DNA of 64,000 nucleotides from positions 10,322,801 through 10,386,800 of the forward strand of contig JBNZDD010013732.1 in the NCBI GenBank assembly GCA_050575255.1, given 5' to 3'. The position numbers were made by a program, and so were the translations under genes. Under the pieces are notes generated by a model. That model had not been told where the DNA came from. It saw nothing but the letters and a program-made list of their open reading frames with translations, and made no database searches. The DNA comes from Harriotta raleighana (lineage: Eukaryota). This document shows positions 62,669-64,000 of this stretch, in pieces (positions within the stretch are counted from its first letter, which is position 1; every line of letters begins with the position of its first letter).

Positions 62669-63389
62669 CACCTTCCTATACATTCAAGCAAAATATAGCC
62701 AGTCAGTTACACGCCAATTTGTTGCAATCGACATTAGATTCAGACTCGATGGCACAGGAAGTATCAAAAATATTAAATACACCAAAAAAAAATTAAGCAC
62801 TAATCAATATATTTATAACGTGTATGTGCCAATTCTACCAACTTTGGCACTCTTCAAATTTTCCAAGCACAATCCATGATTACTAACCACACTTACACTG
62901 GCTAATGTGTTTAGAAAACACATAAGCTTTACAGGCATCGAAAACAAAAAGGAGTAACCATGACATATCTCAAGAGATTAATACATTTCCTTTCCATTCT
63001 AAGCAGTTAGTAAGAAATTGCTTTTCATTGGGTGAGGAGTGGGGATGGGGGGAGGGGTGGGTGGAGGAATTAGGAACCGAGATTGAATGACTTCGAAAGA
63101 ACAAATCAAACTGGTCTGTCCATAAGGTTAGTCAAAGTTATGTATTCACTTTAAAGTGAAGCGAAATGCAGACACCATGATTGGAGTGGTGGCTACACCA
63201 CTTTCTTAGGACCATAAGATGAGAAAGGTCACACCTTAATTTCTTGGTCTATGCTCAACTCCTGAACTGCCTCATATTCCTATAAATGCCCCTGGTACAC
63301 CAGTCATCTCCAATCCCTCAAGACACAAGTGCGCATCACTGAACGCACTTGGACCAAATGAAACCTAAAGATCCATTGCAGATTTAGCG

Positions 63390-63857
63390 TGACCACTCCA
63401 CCACCACCTCCGCCAAATCATCCTTCCCATGCCTCAACCATCTTCTCCTCCCATTCCAACTGCAAAGATACGTTGAACTACCTCGAATCCAAAATTGAGC
63501 GGATTCATTTGGCTGTCTCTCCCCCTTCCACTGCTAGCCTCCTGACACCTCCCCTTTGCACCTTAGTCTGCACCCATCCCTCCCTATATACCTTTGACTC
63601 TGTCTCTCCCTCTTCCCTCACCTCATCATCTCAAAAATGAAGTCACTCCATAAAACAGACACTGCACCTCGCCCCCTCTGTTGCCTCCTTCAAGACCTGA
63701 CCTATTTGACTCTGCCTTCGATCATCCTCATTCCCCCTACCATCCACCCTCCTCGATACCTTCCATCAGCTCTGGTTCGAAACATTGATTGTCCAGCGCA
63801 TTGGGATTTCCCCCTGATGTGAAAGGCACTGTACAAATATAATTTTGTTGTTGTTGT
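63390..63857 (+). mobile_element. L2 internal ORF2 fragment followed by an L2 3' end
   Basis: CKDTLNYLESKIERIH...FDSVSPSSL is the pre-RT region of L2. It is followed by gcctccttcaagacc...cagcgcattgggatttcccctgatgtgaaaggcactgtacaaatataattttgttgttg. Confidence 0.75.
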
Positions 63858-64000
63858 CACTGGTTTCAGTGTACTGTATTACATTCTCCATGGCTTGAAT
63901 TCAATTGCCTCTTCACTCCATGAGTTTGTTTTCTTCAGGCTTTAAAGTGACCAATTCAGCTTGATTTCAATCTTATTTATCATGCATGCATGTGTGATCA

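Noticed and set aside
63030-63068. G-quadruplex-forming tract
   Set aside because: Such G-runs are common in vertebrate DNA, and there is no promoter or CpG-island context.
1-64000. Six-frame ORFs of 60-175 aa as host genes
   Set aside because: None resembles a cellular protein. The longest overlap L2, CR1 or SINE relics, and I found no consistent exon chain. Small exons of a host gene cannot be excluded without RNA data.

Overview
This window is about 64 kb of AT-rich, repeat-dense eukaryotic non-coding DNA. I find no credible host protein-coding exon; the listed ORFs are chance ORFs or decayed retrotransposon fragments. The repeats include SacSINE1/Deu-domain SINEs, a younger tRNA-headed Deu SINE, L2 with (TTG)n tails, CR1, Penelope-like elements, Tx1-like relics and a pogo/Tigger-type MITE. 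This complement points to a cartilaginous fish, probably a chimaera (inference). Repeat-free stretches rich in homeobox, TALE, POU and RFX motifs look like vertebrate conserved non-coding elements in a large intron or gene desert. Highlights: (1) a TSD-flanked Penelope-like insertion (23.8-24.4 kb) with a GIY-YIG C-terminus and two minimal hammerhead ribozymes in inverted orientation; (2) an old, locally duplicated or triplicated non-coding module at 14.2-18.1 kb with a ~100 bp near-perfect hairpin; (3) two ancient repeat families I cannot name; (4) several short locally templated insertions resembling DNA-repair scars; (5) single-N assembly joins that preserve alternative haplotypes. All family names come from recalled consensus sequences, no searches were run, and boundaries of old repeats are approximate.
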